64,000 nucleotides of DNA from Acinetobacter phage vB_AbaM_14/CRR8. The stretch lies in sequence record PV611675.1; one strand, written 5' to 3'. Below the pieces are notes generated by a model that was given only the letters and a program-made list of their open reading frames with translations, had not been told where the DNA came from and did not search any database. Each line of letters opens with the position of its first letter. Position 1 is the first letter of the stretch. The position numbers and the translations under genes were made by a program. Shown piece by piece: positions 1-9,140 of this stretch.

Positions 1-317
1 CGAATAACAAATTGGCTCACTTCACAGAACACTCACTAGATGATTTAACTGTAGTACATAACTTAGGTACATCTCGTGAAAATAAGGTGATCTTAAAAAG
101 GGATGGTAGCCTTCAAATTAATAGCCCTAAGTCAGTTGATATTGATGCACCTGTCACCAACGTTTCAAAAGACTTAAATGTTAAAGGGCTGTTGAACGTA
201 GGTATTGATGTGAAGATCGCTGGACGTAGTGTTAAGACATTTATGGAAACTCATAGCCATAACTATACAGACGATGGTAATCCAATGGTTACTGCACCGC
301 CTAATCCAACAGCATAG
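1..317 (+). CDS. baseplate central spike/hub-like protein, C-terminal end (5' part lies outside the window)
   Basis: Frame is open to the window edge. There is a His-rich tip, HSHNYTDDG, like a metal-binding spike apex. It lies directly upstream of the gp25/W-like and J-like genes. Confidence 0.3.
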   Translation, partial: NNKLAHFTEHSLDDLTVVHNLGTSRENKVILKRDGSLQINSPKSVDIDAPVTNVSKDLNVKGLLNVGIDVKIAGRSVKTFMETHSHNYTDDGNPMVTAPPNPTA

Positions 318-326
318 GAGACTCAT

Positions 327-710
327 ATGGACATTTTAATGCAAGGAGGTGCTACTGCACTAGTTGGCGGTAAACTATTGCTTACAGCTTCACGTGGGGC
401 CTCTCTAGCACAAAGATTAGTTATTCGATTGAATACATTCTTAGGTTCTTGGTTTTTGAACGAGAACCTTGGTATTGACTACTTTAATAAAGTATTCGAA
501 AAGACAATTCCTAAATCCTCAATTGATGCAACCTTTCAAACAGCAATTTATGCAGATAACAGGGTTGAAACAATTACTCATTTCAGTAGCCATGTGAAAG
601 CTAACATATACCACATGGAATTCAAAGTAAAGGCCAGAGATGGTGTCGTGAGTGATATGGTAGATGTAACAGTCACAAATAATGGTATTACGATTAATGT
701 TGGAGCTTAA
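327..710 (+). CDS. baseplate wedge protein, GPW/gp25-like
   Basis: 127 aa, the size of gp25/W proteins. It carries a LGSWFLNENLGIDY-type motif and lies directly upstream of a J-like gene. RBS is ggagactcat-ATG. Confidence 0.5.
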   Translation: MDILMQGGATALVGGKLLLTASRGASLAQRLVIRLNTFLGSWFLNENLGIDYFNKVFEKTIPKSSIDATFQTAIYADNRVETITHFSSHVKANIYHMEFKVKARDGVVSDMVDVTVTNNGITINVGA

Positions 711-712
711 AT

Positions 713-2155
713 ATGGCAGTTTTAAATGACAAGGGTGTAGAAATCCAGAAATTGGACGGCATCCTAAAAGAATTACAAGATATTGCTAGACGTAGGTTTG
801 CAGACTTAATCAAACCTGACGACGAGCTAGATGTTAGTGAAGTTTCTATCTTAGGTAGAATATTAGCTACAGTGGCTGAGCCTGAAGCATTCAATGAAGA
901 ACTCCTTTTGATGTTATGGCAGTCACTTGACCCAGAACAAGCTGAAGGTATTTTCCTAGACAAGATTCTTGGATTGTCTGGCATCTTCCGTAAGAATGAA
1001 ATCAGCGGATTCTCTGGCCTCATCCTTGAAGGTAACATCGGTGTAACAGTACCAGAAAGAAGTTTAGTTTCTAGTACAATCACAGGTGACGTATTCGAGA
1101 CTACAAACGATGTAGTGTTTGGTTTAGAGAATGCTTGTGGTGTTGTTCTACAGATTCCAAATACTACACCAGATCAGACATATTCTCTTGGTTACACAGG
1201 TACTTATGGTCAAAATAAGTTTCCAACAATCTCATCAAGAAGTGTTGCTGGCGACACCAAGAATATGATCGCTAGACGTTTCGCTGAAACTGTAAATAGC
1301 TCATCAACTCTTCTATACGCTACTGTGGATAATGACGATAACGTTGTTGTTCGATTCCTTAACCTAAACACTGTAGGTTACTTTAGTTTAACTGGGAGTT
1401 CGTTTAAAGCCATTAAATCATTCATGCCAGTTTCTAGCATCTCAGTAACTGCTGATGCTGGAGTACAAGCTGCTGATACATTAACGGTGATGCAAACTCC
1501 TGTAATTGGTTGGGTAGGTGTTACTAATCCGTTTGACTCGATTGCTAGTGAACCTAAAGAGGATGACTCTACATTCAGAACTAGAGGTAGAATTTCTAAA
1601 GCTATGAAGTCTACTGGTAATAGGGTATCTCTTTACACAGAACTCTATTCATTGAATGGTGTCAGATATGTAAACGTACAGGAAAACATCTATGATAACA
1701 CAATTAACGGCATTACACCAAAAGGTATTGCTGTTGTTGTATTGGGTGGAGATGATCAAGAAATTGCAGATGTGATCAAGAGAAACATACCAATTGGTTG
1801 TGTTACGAACGGTAATATCGTAGTCCCTATTGTAGATGGTGCAGGTACAGTAGACATTAAGTTTAGTAGACCTGAGTATGTACAGATCGAAATGAAGATC
1901 GGATTACAAACAAATTCAGCATTCCCACAAAATGGTAAGACATTGATTCAAGAAGCTATCGTGAGATACTTCGAGACATTAGAAGTTGGGGATGATGTTG
2001 AGTGGTCAAAACTATTCAATCCTATTAACGAGATTAGAGGACAAAGTGTTAATAGTTTACTTATTGGTGTTAAAGGTCAGCAACTAGCTACTGGAAACAT
2101 CTTAATTAGCTACAACCAATTACCTATCATCTCATTTGAAGATATCGAAGTTTAA
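713..2155 (+). CDS. baseplate J-like protein (gp6/gpJ family)
   Basis: 480 aa. Its start abuts the stop of the gp25-like gene, matching the conserved W-J order of contractile-tail baseplates. Confidence 0.5.
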   Translation: MAVLNDKGVEIQKLDGILKELQDIARRRFADLIKPDDELDVSEVSILGRILATVAEPEAFNEELLLMLWQSLDPEQAEGIFLDKILGLSGIFRKNEISGFSGLILEGNIGVTVPERSLVSSTITGDVFETTNDVVFGLENACGVVLQIPNTTPDQTYSLGYTGTYGQNKFPTISSRSVAGDTKNMIARRFAETVNSSSTLLYATVDNDDNVVVRFLNLNTVGYFSLTGSSFKAIKSFMPVSSISVTADAGVQAADTLTVMQTPVIGWVGVTNPFDSIASEPKEDDSTFRTRGRISKAMKSTGNRVSLYTELYSLNGVRYVNVQENIYDNTINGITPKGIAVVVLGGDDQEIADVIKRNIPIGCVTNGNIVVPIVDGAGTVDIKFSRPEYVQIEMKIGLQTNSAFPQNGKTLIQEAIVRYFETLEVGDDVEWSKLFNPINEIRGQSVNSLLIGVKGQQLATGNILISYNQLPIISFEDIEV

Positions 2156-2166
2156 GAGAGGTTCTT

Positions 2167-3642
2167 ATGGACAAGATTGATTATGCATCTTTAGCAAAGT
2201 CAAGGTATACAAGCCAATTTGAGAAAGATAAGGTATATGATGCCATCATTCAAACTATCATTGAATACAAGCTTAAAACTCAAGATTTATATATCAATTT
2301 TGCTGAGACAATTCTCGATATTGACAAATCTACAGGAAAGAACTTGGACCTCATTGGTAATATTGTAGGTCAGCCAAGAATATTGGTTGACTTCAGTATT
2401 GAGAAGTACTTCGGCTTCTTGGGTAATCCAAGAGCTGAACCTTACGATAAAGGTTTATGGTATGACATGTACAGCACTAAAGGTGCTGATTCAAGAGTAC
2501 TTAATGATGAGGAATATAGAAGAATTATTAAGGCCAGAATTATTAGGAATAAGACAAACTGTAATCGTGAAGATTTCATTAAAATTTTAAATCTTATTCT
2601 TAATGTTGACCCTAATCAAACCTACAAAAACATTCTTTCTAACAGTAACTTTACATCACCTCTACTTACAGGCAATGCAACATACACAGTTACCAAGGGT
2701 GTTACATTTAGCGATCCATCCCAAGTTGAGGTAACAAGTACATGGGTTGCACCAAACTTGATTACAAATGGCGCTCAAGAAGTTACTGGAGGCAGCGCAT
2801 CACTCCCTGAGTATACACTTTGGAGACGTTCTGCCGAATTGAACTCAGCATACAGTAAAGGTGCTATTGATATCTCTTTTGATATCAAAGTGTCAAATGT
2901 AGGTAATGTCCAAGTTTATTCACAGAATAATACTCCAGATTGGTCATTCACTGTATTAACTAATGTTGATGTGGCAAACACTTACGTTAGAAGGACTGTA
3001 AGAGTTACACCAACTAGGAATACAGCAAATAATACTGGACAGTCTTCTCTTGAATTCTATGGATTAGCCTCAACTGGTCGAGTGGTGACAGTTAAGAATG
3101 TTGTTATCCAATTAGTGTCTCAACTCACAACAACAATGAGTTTTAACACAAATGTTAAAGCTACTAAATTGGTATCTGGTAAAGCTTACTCTATCTCAAT
3201 GAAGGTAGCAAGTAACACAGCAACCAATTCAATGAGTGTTACTGCGAAGGGTGCTAATACGAACGCTCAAAACATTATTGTATCTCAATCTATATCTAGT
3301 CGGGACCCGAAGAGTCCACAACAAATCAGAGTGAACTTTACATCTAATATCACAACTGATGTTGCAGATTTTACAGTGATCTTCTCAGGGAAATCTGGAG
3401 ATAAGTTTTGGGTTTCAGAAATGCAAGTTGTAGAGGGTTCGCAAACAACTACCCCACCTTGGAGTCCATCAAAGTATGACTCGCCTAGATATTCTATTGG
3501 TAATCCTAGCCACGGGAACATTGATTTGACTGTCAATAATTATGCAGGGGATTTAGGTGTACACTTCCTATCTAACTTTGAGAAGACAGGTGACTTAATT
3601 CCTGTGCCACTAGGTTATAAGTTAAGCGTTTATATGCAATGA
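2167..3642 (+). CDS. baseplate/tail-fibre associated protein (gpI-like N-terminus, Thr/Ser/Asn-rich variable C-terminus)
   Basis: 491 aa after the J-like gene. The N-terminal ~130 aa look conserved (LDLIGNIVGQPR). The C-terminal ~300 aa are T/S/N/V-rich and beta-like, as in receptor-binding fibres. Confidence 0.4.
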   Translation: MDKIDYASLAKSRYTSQFEKDKVYDAIIQTIIEYKLKTQDLYINFAETILDIDKSTGKNLDLIGNIVGQPRILVDFSIEKYFGFLGNPRAEPYDKGLWYDMYSTKGADSRVLNDEEYRRIIKARIIRNKTNCNREDFIKILNLILNVDPNQTYKNILSNSNFTSPLLTGNATYTVTKGVTFSDPSQVEVTSTWVAPNLITNGAQEVTGGSASLPEYTLWRRSAELNSAYSKGAIDISFDIKVSNVGNVQVYSQNNTPDWSFTVLTNVDVANTYVRRTVRVTPTRNTANNTGQSSLEFYGLASTGRVVTVKNVVIQLVSQLTTTMSFNTNVKATKLVSGKAYSISMKVASNTATNSMSVTAKGANTNAQNIIVSQSISSRDPKSPQQIRVNFTSNITTDVADFTVIFSGKSGDKFWVSEMQVVEGSQTTTPPWSPSKYDSPRYSIGNPSHGNIDLTVNNYAGDLGVHFLSNFEKTGDLIPVPLGYKLSVYMQ

Positions 3643-3649
3643 GGTTAAG

Positions 3650-4510
3650 ATGAGATTAATGATTTCTGCCTTCTTTAATGTTGGCTCATGGGACCGTAGA
3701 TACCTTTTAAACAAAGAATCTACAGGTTGGTTCGAAGGTAACTTAACCGACCAAGGTCTTGATAGATGTGGTGATAGTTACTGGTACTCTGGTGTACACA
3801 TCGGTTCAGGGATGGCAGATGTCAGCGATACAGCTATCTCACTCTCAAGCCCATTTAAATACCTAAGTGAACCTTTCACAGATGAATCAAAATCTTTTAT
3901 TGAGGATGACAAAATCATCTGGGAAAGGGAAATTACATATAAGGTTGAAAATGAGGACATCCCTACAGTAAGTGAGATTTCTGCTTCTTGGGATAGTGAT
4001 ATTAAAACGTCTGTAGCTTTAGCTAATCTTCCAAAGACAATTAGTCTAGGTGTTGACGACGATTTGATTGTTAAGGTTAAGTTGGTTGTTAAGCAATCTG
4101 CGACAGAGACATTCTCAGGTTCGATAGATTTTGGTGCATCTATCCATTCTTATATTATTAAACCTTGCTACTATAAAAAGTTTGATAATTTCTTTATTGG
4201 TAATGCACTATCACAAAAAGATGGTCGTGTCTACAGTGGTTCAATTCCTTCAGACCTGACATTGGAACCTGAAGGCTCTATCGATGCTAACTTAGCGATC
4301 TATGATGTATACACATTCAATGCTCGTAGTCGCACATTCTCAAACTTTTTCACTTTAAGTAGTCCCAATTCCGCTACTAAGACTGCCACTTCACATACTA
4401 TTGGTATTCCAAGTGCATATGGTGTCGAGTTTGATCCACCAATCGATAAAAGCTTTAACAGAGAACTGACTTTAAATTACGTATTAAAATGGGAGAGAGA
4501 TAATGGCTAA
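3650..4510 (+). CDS. tail fibre/baseplate-associated hypothetical protein
   Basis: 286 aa ORF within the fibre gene run. RBS is gaggttaag-ATG. Function unassigned. Confidence 0.3.
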   Translation: MRLMISAFFNVGSWDRRYLLNKESTGWFEGNLTDQGLDRCGDSYWYSGVHIGSGMADVSDTAISLSSPFKYLSEPFTDESKSFIEDDKIIWEREITYKVENEDIPTVSEISASWDSDIKTSVALANLPKTISLGVDDDLIVKVKLVVKQSATETFSGSIDFGASIHSYIIKPCYYKKFDNFFIGNALSQKDGRVYSGSIPSDLTLEPEGSIDANLAIYDVYTFNARSRTFSNFFTLSSPNSATKTATSHTIGIPSAYGVEFDPPIDKSFNRELTLNYVLKWERDNG

Positions 4511-5585
4511 GATTCAAAAACCTGACTTTACAACTTTGTGGGCTTCACAAGGTAACGTGCAAGCTCCTGACATTTCACAAGTATTGAGTGGTTGGCAATT
4601 AAATCAATTCCCACCATCTAACGTTACTAACTATCAGATGAATAAAGTTGAGTCTGCCATTGCTTACCTATTCCAAATGGGTATCTCTGAATGGACAGAT
4701 AAGATTGAGTTCCAACCTAATAGTCTGGCTATGCATCCAAAGGACGGATTAGTCTATAGATCAAAAACTGTGAACAAAGGTAAGGACCCTCAAACTTCTG
4801 GCACAGACTGGGCTATCGCTTTTGATAAGTATGGCGCATCTGAAGACTTAAGACAAGAGGTCATTAAGATTATGTCACAAGATGGTTACTTACCATTCTA
4901 TGTGAAAGTCTCTGACCCTGTAATGAATGGCCCAGCTAAAGCTCCTACATTTAGAGCTAACGTAGGTGCTCCATCTGGCGCTGTAGGTTATGGATTTGCG
5001 AACTATTTAACTACAGGTATGTTCAGCCAAGGTGGTGATCTATTACTTGCTGCTGGTGGTAATGTACAAGGACGTATTAAATCAGTACCTCCAACTCTGG
5101 AAATGAATGACAATACTCTTGTCACAACAGCACTTCTTAAAAAAGTTATTGAAGAGATAAAGATTGCTTCTCAGTTACCTGTCGGTATGTCTATTATCTC
5201 GAACAACAAAGCCAACCCATCTACATACTTAGGTTACGGTACATGGGTTCAAGATATGCAAGGTAAGGCATTGGTTGGTGTTGTATCTAATGCTGGTACT
5301 GATATGCCTGATTGGGTTAAGTATGTAGATAGTACATCTGGCGATAGCTACACAACTAAACTTGATGTTAAAAACTTGCCATCATTCAGAGCCAACATTC
5401 TACTTAACACATGGGTAGGTGGTGACGATGCTAGTGGTGAGGGTGCTATCTTGACAGCTAACCGTGAATGGAGATCAGGTACTCAGATGCCTGATAAATC
5501 ATATGCTGATTTCCAAGGTGAAAACTTGCCATTCAGTAATGTTCAGCCATCACAAACTAAGTTCATTTGGACTAGAACAGCATAG
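4503..5585 (+). CDS. putative tail fibre / receptor-binding protein
   Basis: 360 aa. Its start overlaps the previous stop (ATGGCTAA). Gly/Ser/Thr-rich, and it is the last structural gene before the lysis cassette. Confidence 0.35.
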   Translation: MAKIQKPDFTTLWASQGNVQAPDISQVLSGWQLNQFPPSNVTNYQMNKVESAIAYLFQMGISEWTDKIEFQPNSLAMHPKDGLVYRSKTVNKGKDPQTSGTDWAIAFDKYGASEDLRQEVIKIMSQDGYLPFYVKVSDPVMNGPAKAPTFRANVGAPSGAVGYGFANYLTTGMFSQGGDLLLAAGGNVQGRIKSVPPTLEMNDNTLVTTALLKKVIEEIKIASQLPVGMSIISNNKANPSTYLGYGTWVQDMQGKALVGVVSNAGTDMPDWVKYVDSTSGDSYTTKLDVKNLPSFRANILLNTWVGGDDASGEGAILTANREWRSGTQMPDKSYADFQGENLPFSNVQPSQTKFIWTRTA

Positions 5586-5593
5586 GAGACGTA

Positions 5594-5995
5594 ATGGAAT
5601 TTCTGACAAGCTTCATGGCTTTCGCTAAGGGCATATTCCCTGCCACTATTGGTTCGGTAGTAGCTGTTTGGCGAAAGCGTAATGAAGTTAATTTCAGGGA
5701 GATGGATGCTTACCAAAAAGCATCTATGATCCTTGTGGCACTGTTTGCCATCTTAGTAGGTGTTTGTATAGGTAAGTGGGTTGGAGGCGCTGTTGCAGCT
5801 TACTACACTACTACACCAATCATTACAACACTAATTGAATTTGTAACAGCCCTAAATGGACTTAAGATCGTAGATAGTGCAATCAAGAGTGTTGAAGCTG
5901 CTTTAGATATCGTTACCAAGAACGTTCCCGTCCTAGTAGGGAATGTTGTTGAACTAATCTCCGATAAAATCGAAAAGATTTTCGGTAAGAAATAA
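5594..5995 (+). CDS. small membrane protein, holin candidate
   Basis: 133 aa with two predicted TM helices (IFPATIGSVVAVW; ILVALFAILVGVCIGKWVGGAVAAYY). Charged C-terminus. Lies just upstream of the endolysin. Confidence 0.35.
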   Translation: MEFLTSFMAFAKGIFPATIGSVVAVWRKRNEVNFREMDAYQKASMILVALFAILVGVCIGKWVGGAVAAYYTTTPIITTLIEFVTALNGLKIVDSAIKSVEAALDIVTKNVPVLVGNVVELISDKIEKIFGKK

Positions 5996-6006
5996 AAGGT
6001 GAATAT

Positions 6007-6324
6007 ATGACTATTGTCCTTATACAAATTATCTTAGCACTTTTCGCAGCTGTAAATTTCTACTGTGAAGTATCAAAGAAATATAGAGACTGTGGAATAC
6101 ACGCATCACTACGCTGGTTGTTTATGGTTGCATCACTTATCGCATTGGTAAAGGTCAAGTACCTTGCCATTATGCCTTTTGTAGTGCAGCTATCAGCCTT
6201 GATTATAGTAATTGGATTAACCAAGTTACTATATGATCACGTTCTTAAACGTCAAATTAGGATTGCAAATTTTAAACTTAAAAAGCTTTATCTTGAAGAG
6301 GTTCAGAAACACTCTCACAGATAA
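6007..6324 (+). CDS. small membrane protein (about 3 TM), holin/antiholin candidate
   Basis: 105 aa, strongly hydrophobic with a basic C-terminus. Part of the lysis cassette. Confidence 0.35.
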   Translation: MTIVLIQIILALFAAVNFYCEVSKKYRDCGIHASLRWLFMVASLIALVKVKYLAIMPFVVQLSALIIVIGLTKLLYDHVLKRQIRIANFKLKKLYLEEVQKHSHR

Positions 6325-6366
6325 TAATAGACTGATTGTCTAAATTCAACTTAATAGGAGATTTAC

Positions 6367-6666
6367 ATGTTAAAAGGTAATCAAGCAATTTTCGTATATG
6401 GCGACCCTACATCAACTTTAGCAACTCTTGAAGAGCTTAAAGAGTACATGGGTGGTGGAGATGTTGGCGGTGTCACTAAAGAGTACGTAGATGGCGAGTT
6501 AGCTAAGAAGGCAAATGTATCAGCTTTAACAGCCAAAGCTGACAAGACGTATGTAGATGCAGAATTGGCTAAGAAAATTGGATTGCCAGCAACAGCGAAT
6601 GAAGGTGATATCCTAACTTTCACAGGAGGGAAATGGACTGCTGTACCTGCATCTCAACCAGTATAA
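6367..6666 (+). CDS. hypothetical protein with tandem YVD(G/A)ELAKK repeats
   Basis: 99 aa. Good RBS (taggagatttac-ATG). Contains the internal repeat YVDGELAKKANVSALTAKADKTYVDAELAKK. Confidence 0.3.
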   Translation: MLKGNQAIFVYGDPTSTLATLEELKEYMGGGDVGGVTKEYVDGELAKKANVSALTAKADKTYVDAELAKKIGLPATANEGDILTFTGGKWTAVPASQPV

Positions 6667-6676
6667 GGAGTATTAA

Positions 6677-7291
6677 ATGAAGTTGACTAAGGGTGGTTTC
6701 GACATCCTTAGAGCTGAATTGTTCAAATCTTTTACTGAAAGTCAAGTAGAAGCTTTGAACTTCTTGGTTTCTAAGTGTGAAGAAGCTGGATTGACTTATC
6801 CAGAAACAGCTTACGCATTAGCTACAGTATACCATGAAACAGGTGTTGTCAAAGGTGGTAAATTAGTTAGAACCATGCTTCCTGTAGAGGAACAAGGTAG
6901 CGACAAATATTTATCTAAATACGATACAGGTAAATTGGCGACTGCTTTAGGTAATACCCAAGCATTGGATGGAGATGGTCAGAAGTATAAAGGTCGTGGT
7001 TATGTACAGCTTACTGGTACACGAAACTATGCACTATTCGCTAGATTGTTGAAAGTAGACCTTCTCAATAAACCAGAGTTGGCTATGGACCCAGAAGTGG
7101 CAGCCAATATCATGACATATGGTATGTTGAATGGTTCCTTTACTGGTGTTGGGTTCAGGCGTAAGCGTCCAGTTTCCAAATATAATAAGGCCCAATACAT
7201 TGCTGCTAGGAATATCATCAACGGTTCAGATCGTGCTAATGATATTGCTGGATATGCTATGATCTTTGAGAGAGCTTTAAGAAGTTATTAA
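6677..7291 (+). CDS. endolysin, glycoside hydrolase family 19 (chitinase-like lysozyme)
   Basis: 204 aa carrying the GH19 signature YKGRGYVQLTGTRNY. No signal peptide. RBS aaggag. Followed by a bidirectional terminator. Confidence 0.7.
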   Translation: MKLTKGGFDILRAELFKSFTESQVEALNFLVSKCEEAGLTYPETAYALATVYHETGVVKGGKLVRTMLPVEEQGSDKYLSKYDTGKLATALGNTQALDGDGQKYKGRGYVQLTGTRNYALFARLLKVDLLNKPELAMDPEVAANIMTYGMLNGSFTGVGFRRKRPVSKYNKAQYIAARNIINGSDRANDIAGYAMIFERALRSY

Positions 7292-7292
7292 C

Positions 7293-7326
7293 AAAAAGAA
7301 AGGGAGCCTAGTGCTCCCTATTTTTA
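7293..7326. terminator. bidirectional intrinsic terminator (GGGAGC-ctagt-GCTCCC flanked by an A-run and a T-run)
   Basis: Perfect 6 bp stem with T5 downstream on + and A-rich upstream. Lies between the convergent genes 6677..7291(+) and 7324..7617(-). Confidence 0.6.
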
Positions 7327-7617
7327 TCTCTTGTATCCAACAAATTCTTTTAAAGCATCCACAAAGAATGGTTGCATAACAAGTTGCATACACAAAGCTT
7401 CATCGAAAATCTTACCAACGTTGACATCTGTTTCAAATCCAATCTCGTCAAAATGTTGATTGATACGTTTAGCAAAGCTGTCAATACCTCTTGCACATCC
7501 AAATATCATAATTCCTATGTCTTTTGGGTCATGTCTCTCAAGCATAAGCTCTTCAAACTCTTCATAGGTCCAGCCTTCCCTTGAACCTGTAATTAATAAT
7601 GCTACATGTTTCATCAA
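7324..7617 (-). CDS. DUF2493/SLOG-family Rossmann-like protein
   Basis: 97 aa. ITGSREGWT...IMIFGCARGIDSFA resembles the GGxxGxD nucleotide-binding loop of DUF2493 proteins, which are common in phages and plasmids. Confidence 0.4.
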   Translation of the reverse strand: MMKHVALLITGSREGWTYEEFEELMLERHDPKDIGIMIFGCARGIDSFAKRINQHFDEIGFETDVNVGKIFDEALCMQLVMQPFFVDALKEFVGYKR

Positions 7618-8288
7618 TAATCCTCTCTAAAATATTTGGCATCATCTTTCATCCGACGATTTCTTTCAAGAATATCTATATTTGGAATACGCTTGAAAAT
7701 ATCAGAGAAAGAAGTTTTTGGTTGTTCAACATGGTGTGTATTAGCACTTACTTGCTCCATAGCTGCATCAATAGCAGAGAAGTAGTCATCTAAATCCGAC
7801 CCATCATCTTCATCTTCAATTAATGGTTCAACAGGTAATTCTTCTCTTTTACCAACTAAATGTTTTAAAGCATCTGGAATACCTTTGACAACATTAGGTC
7901 TTGATTCACCTTGTTTCTCAAATGAATCTTCCATTTGTGTCTTTGGTTTAACAACCTTAGATACTTTCTTAACAACTTCTTTCACAGCTTTCTTGACAAT
8001 GTTAAGAAGCTTACAAGCTTTTTCAGTAATTGAATAATGTGTAGTACGGGTATGACCCATGTCATGAGAAATGATAATGAGACCAAAATCAACTAACTTT
8101 TTCTTAGCTCTTTGAATTTGACTCTCAGATAATGAGCCTTCGAAGTCTTCAGACAGTTGTTTATTAGTTCGATACACCTTATCCACATTCTTAGTCTCAG
8201 ACCAGAACTTAATGTGGTTAAGTAAGAGAGCAGCTTGAATACCAACTAAGTTAGCTACTTCTGGATTGTAAGATTTAATATACGACAT
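7614..8288 (-). CDS. putative DNA-binding protein (N-terminal winged-helix-like, acidic C-terminal half)
   Basis: The ORF in the track begins with GTG at 8321. The likely start is the ATG at 8288, with RBS gaggtgttatc. Its stop overlaps the start of the DUF2493 gene. It is transcribed from the minus-strand promoter at 8591..8618. Confidence 0.35.
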   Translation of the reverse strand: MSYIKSYNPEVANLVGIQAALLLNHIKFWSETKNVDKVYRTNKQLSEDFEGSLSESQIQRAKKKLVDFGLIIISHDMGHTRTTHYSITEKACKLLNIVKKAVKEVVKKVSKVVKPKTQMEDSFEKQGESRPNVVKGIPDALKHLVGKREELPVEPLIEDEDDGSDLDDYFSAIDAAMEQVSANTHHVEQPKTSFSDIFKRIPNIDILERNRRMKDDAKYFREDY

Positions 8289-8398
8289 GATAACACCTCT
8301 TCGATGTAGGCAATCATACACACCTTAAAAACTCAGATCAATATTTAATTTTATTTTTAATTTAATTTTATTCTATTAATAACATCTGACAGATACGA

Positions 8399-8500
8399 AG
8401 AATGGATTTTTCAAAAACGATAAATGGATATTTTGAAACTGAAACATGGAATTTATGATATCGAAATATGCATATTTCAGTATCGAAAAATGGAAAGGAA
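8399..8500. repeat. four spaced copies of A(A/C)ATGGA(W)WTT (iteron-like) in the divergent control region
   Basis: The copies are aatggatttt (8401), aaatggatat (8422), acatggaatt (8444) and aaatggaaag (8488). A perfect 16 bp palindrome lies between them. Confidence 0.4.
8463..8478. promoter_or_regulatory. perfect 16 bp palindrome GAAATATGCATATTTC (operator candidate)
   Basis: Exact dyad symmetry read directly from the sequence. It lies between the divergent promoters. Confidence 0.4.
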
Positions 8501-8510
8501 ATAAAAAGAT

Positions 8511-8539
8511 TTGACAACAGAATTTAATATGTGTAGTAT
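8511..8539 (+). promoter_or_regulatory. sigma70-like promoter TTGACA-N17-TAGTAT
   Basis: -35 TTGACA at 8511 and -10 TAGTAT at 8534. Confidence 0.45.
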
Positions 8540-8590
8540 GGATATAAATATATAGTAATTGACAGGACTAAAAAATTATTGTAGATAGTT

Positions 8591-8618
8591 ATAGTACCAC
8601 AAAAACGGATTTTGTCAA
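8591..8618 (-). promoter_or_regulatory. minus-strand sigma70-like promoter (TTGACA-N16-TACTAT on the - strand)
   Basis: The + strand reads atagta...tgtcaa. This is the only plausible promoter for the 7614..8288 / 7324..7617 minus-strand operon. A near-identical copy occurs at 63141..63168. Confidence 0.5.
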
Positions 8619-8653
8619 GTCATTTATTGTTACAGAAATGTAAACAGTAAGGC

Positions 8654-8681
8654 TTGACTATTGTCATTTTTACTGTATAAT
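8654..8681 (+). promoter_or_regulatory. strong sigma70-like promoter TTGACT-N16-TATAAT
   Basis: ggcTTGACTattgtcatttttactgTATAATag, directly upstream of the dCMP deaminase gene. Confidence 0.55.
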
Positions 8682-8711
8682 AGTCGGGTATCGATACATA
8701 AGGAGGTTATA

Positions 8712-9140
8712 TTGGAAATTACAAAGCTTAAATATAAACTAGCTTTTATGGGTATGGCTAAAGTCTTCGCAAAGACATCTGAAGCAAAGAGACTTCAAGT
8801 AGGTGCTTTAATTGTGAAGAATAAGCAGATCATATCTACAGGAGTAAATGGTACACCAGCTGGATGGGAAACAAACAATTGTGAGAACTCAAACAATGAG
8901 ACAGAATGGTTTGTTAGACACGCAGAAGTTCAGGCATTAAACAAATTAAGAAAATCACACGAGACATCTATTGGGGCTGAAATGTATATTACGCACAGCC
9001 CTTGTAAGAATTGTGCTGTCGAGATTATCGATGCTGGAATTTCTAAAGTTTACTATGACATTGACTATAGAGATTCAACTGGGATTGAACTACTTAAAAA
9101 GTATGGGATTCGAGTTGAAAAACTTCAGGAGGTTAAATGA
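8712..9140 (+). CDS. dCMP deaminase (cytidine/deoxycytidylate deaminase zinc-binding family)
   Basis: Carries the HAEVQAL...PCKNCA zinc motif (H-A-E ... P-C-x-x-C). The probable start is TTG at 8712, six nt after AGGAGG. The ORF track begins at an upstream TTG at 8661. Confidence 0.75.
   Translation: MEITKLKYKLAFMGMAKVFAKTSEAKRLQVGALIVKNKQIISTGVNGTPAGWETNNCENSNNETEWFVRHAEVQALNKLRKSHETSIGAEMYITHSPCKNCAVEIIDAGISKVYYDIDYRDSTGIELLKKYGIRVEKLQEVK

Noticed and set aside
694-1083. Minus-strand ORFs embedded antisense in long + strand genes (for example 694..1083, 3285..3536, 14650..15042, 15133..15357, 19404..19632, 23495..23791, 32244..32435, 55090..55392, 57907..58191)
   Set aside because: All lie entirely within well-supported + strand genes. 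They lack RBS or promoter and show biased Ser/Leu-rich composition, including the poly-Ser antisense image of the poly-Asp/Glu tail at 15133..15357. They are treated as shadow ORFs.
2387-2590. Small + strand ORFs overlapping larger genes in other frames (2387..2590, 8971..9174, 10023..10304, 11653..11847, 14985..15344, 17810..17998, 20763..21047, 29756..29944, 31607..31792, 36910..37092, 46926..47195, 47630..47824, 49625..49834, 58128..58322)
   Set aside because: Each is fully contained in a longer motif-supported or RBS-supported ORF in another frame. None has its own RBS. They are treated as overlap artefacts.
8322-8660. tRNA or other structured RNA genes in the intergenic regions (8322-8660, 54100-54840, 62330-63250)
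   Set aside because: No GTTCGAATC-like T-arm or cloverleaf-compatible pairing was found by eye in these regions. The hairpins present are better explained as terminators or operators. A proper tRNAscan run would still be needed to be sure.
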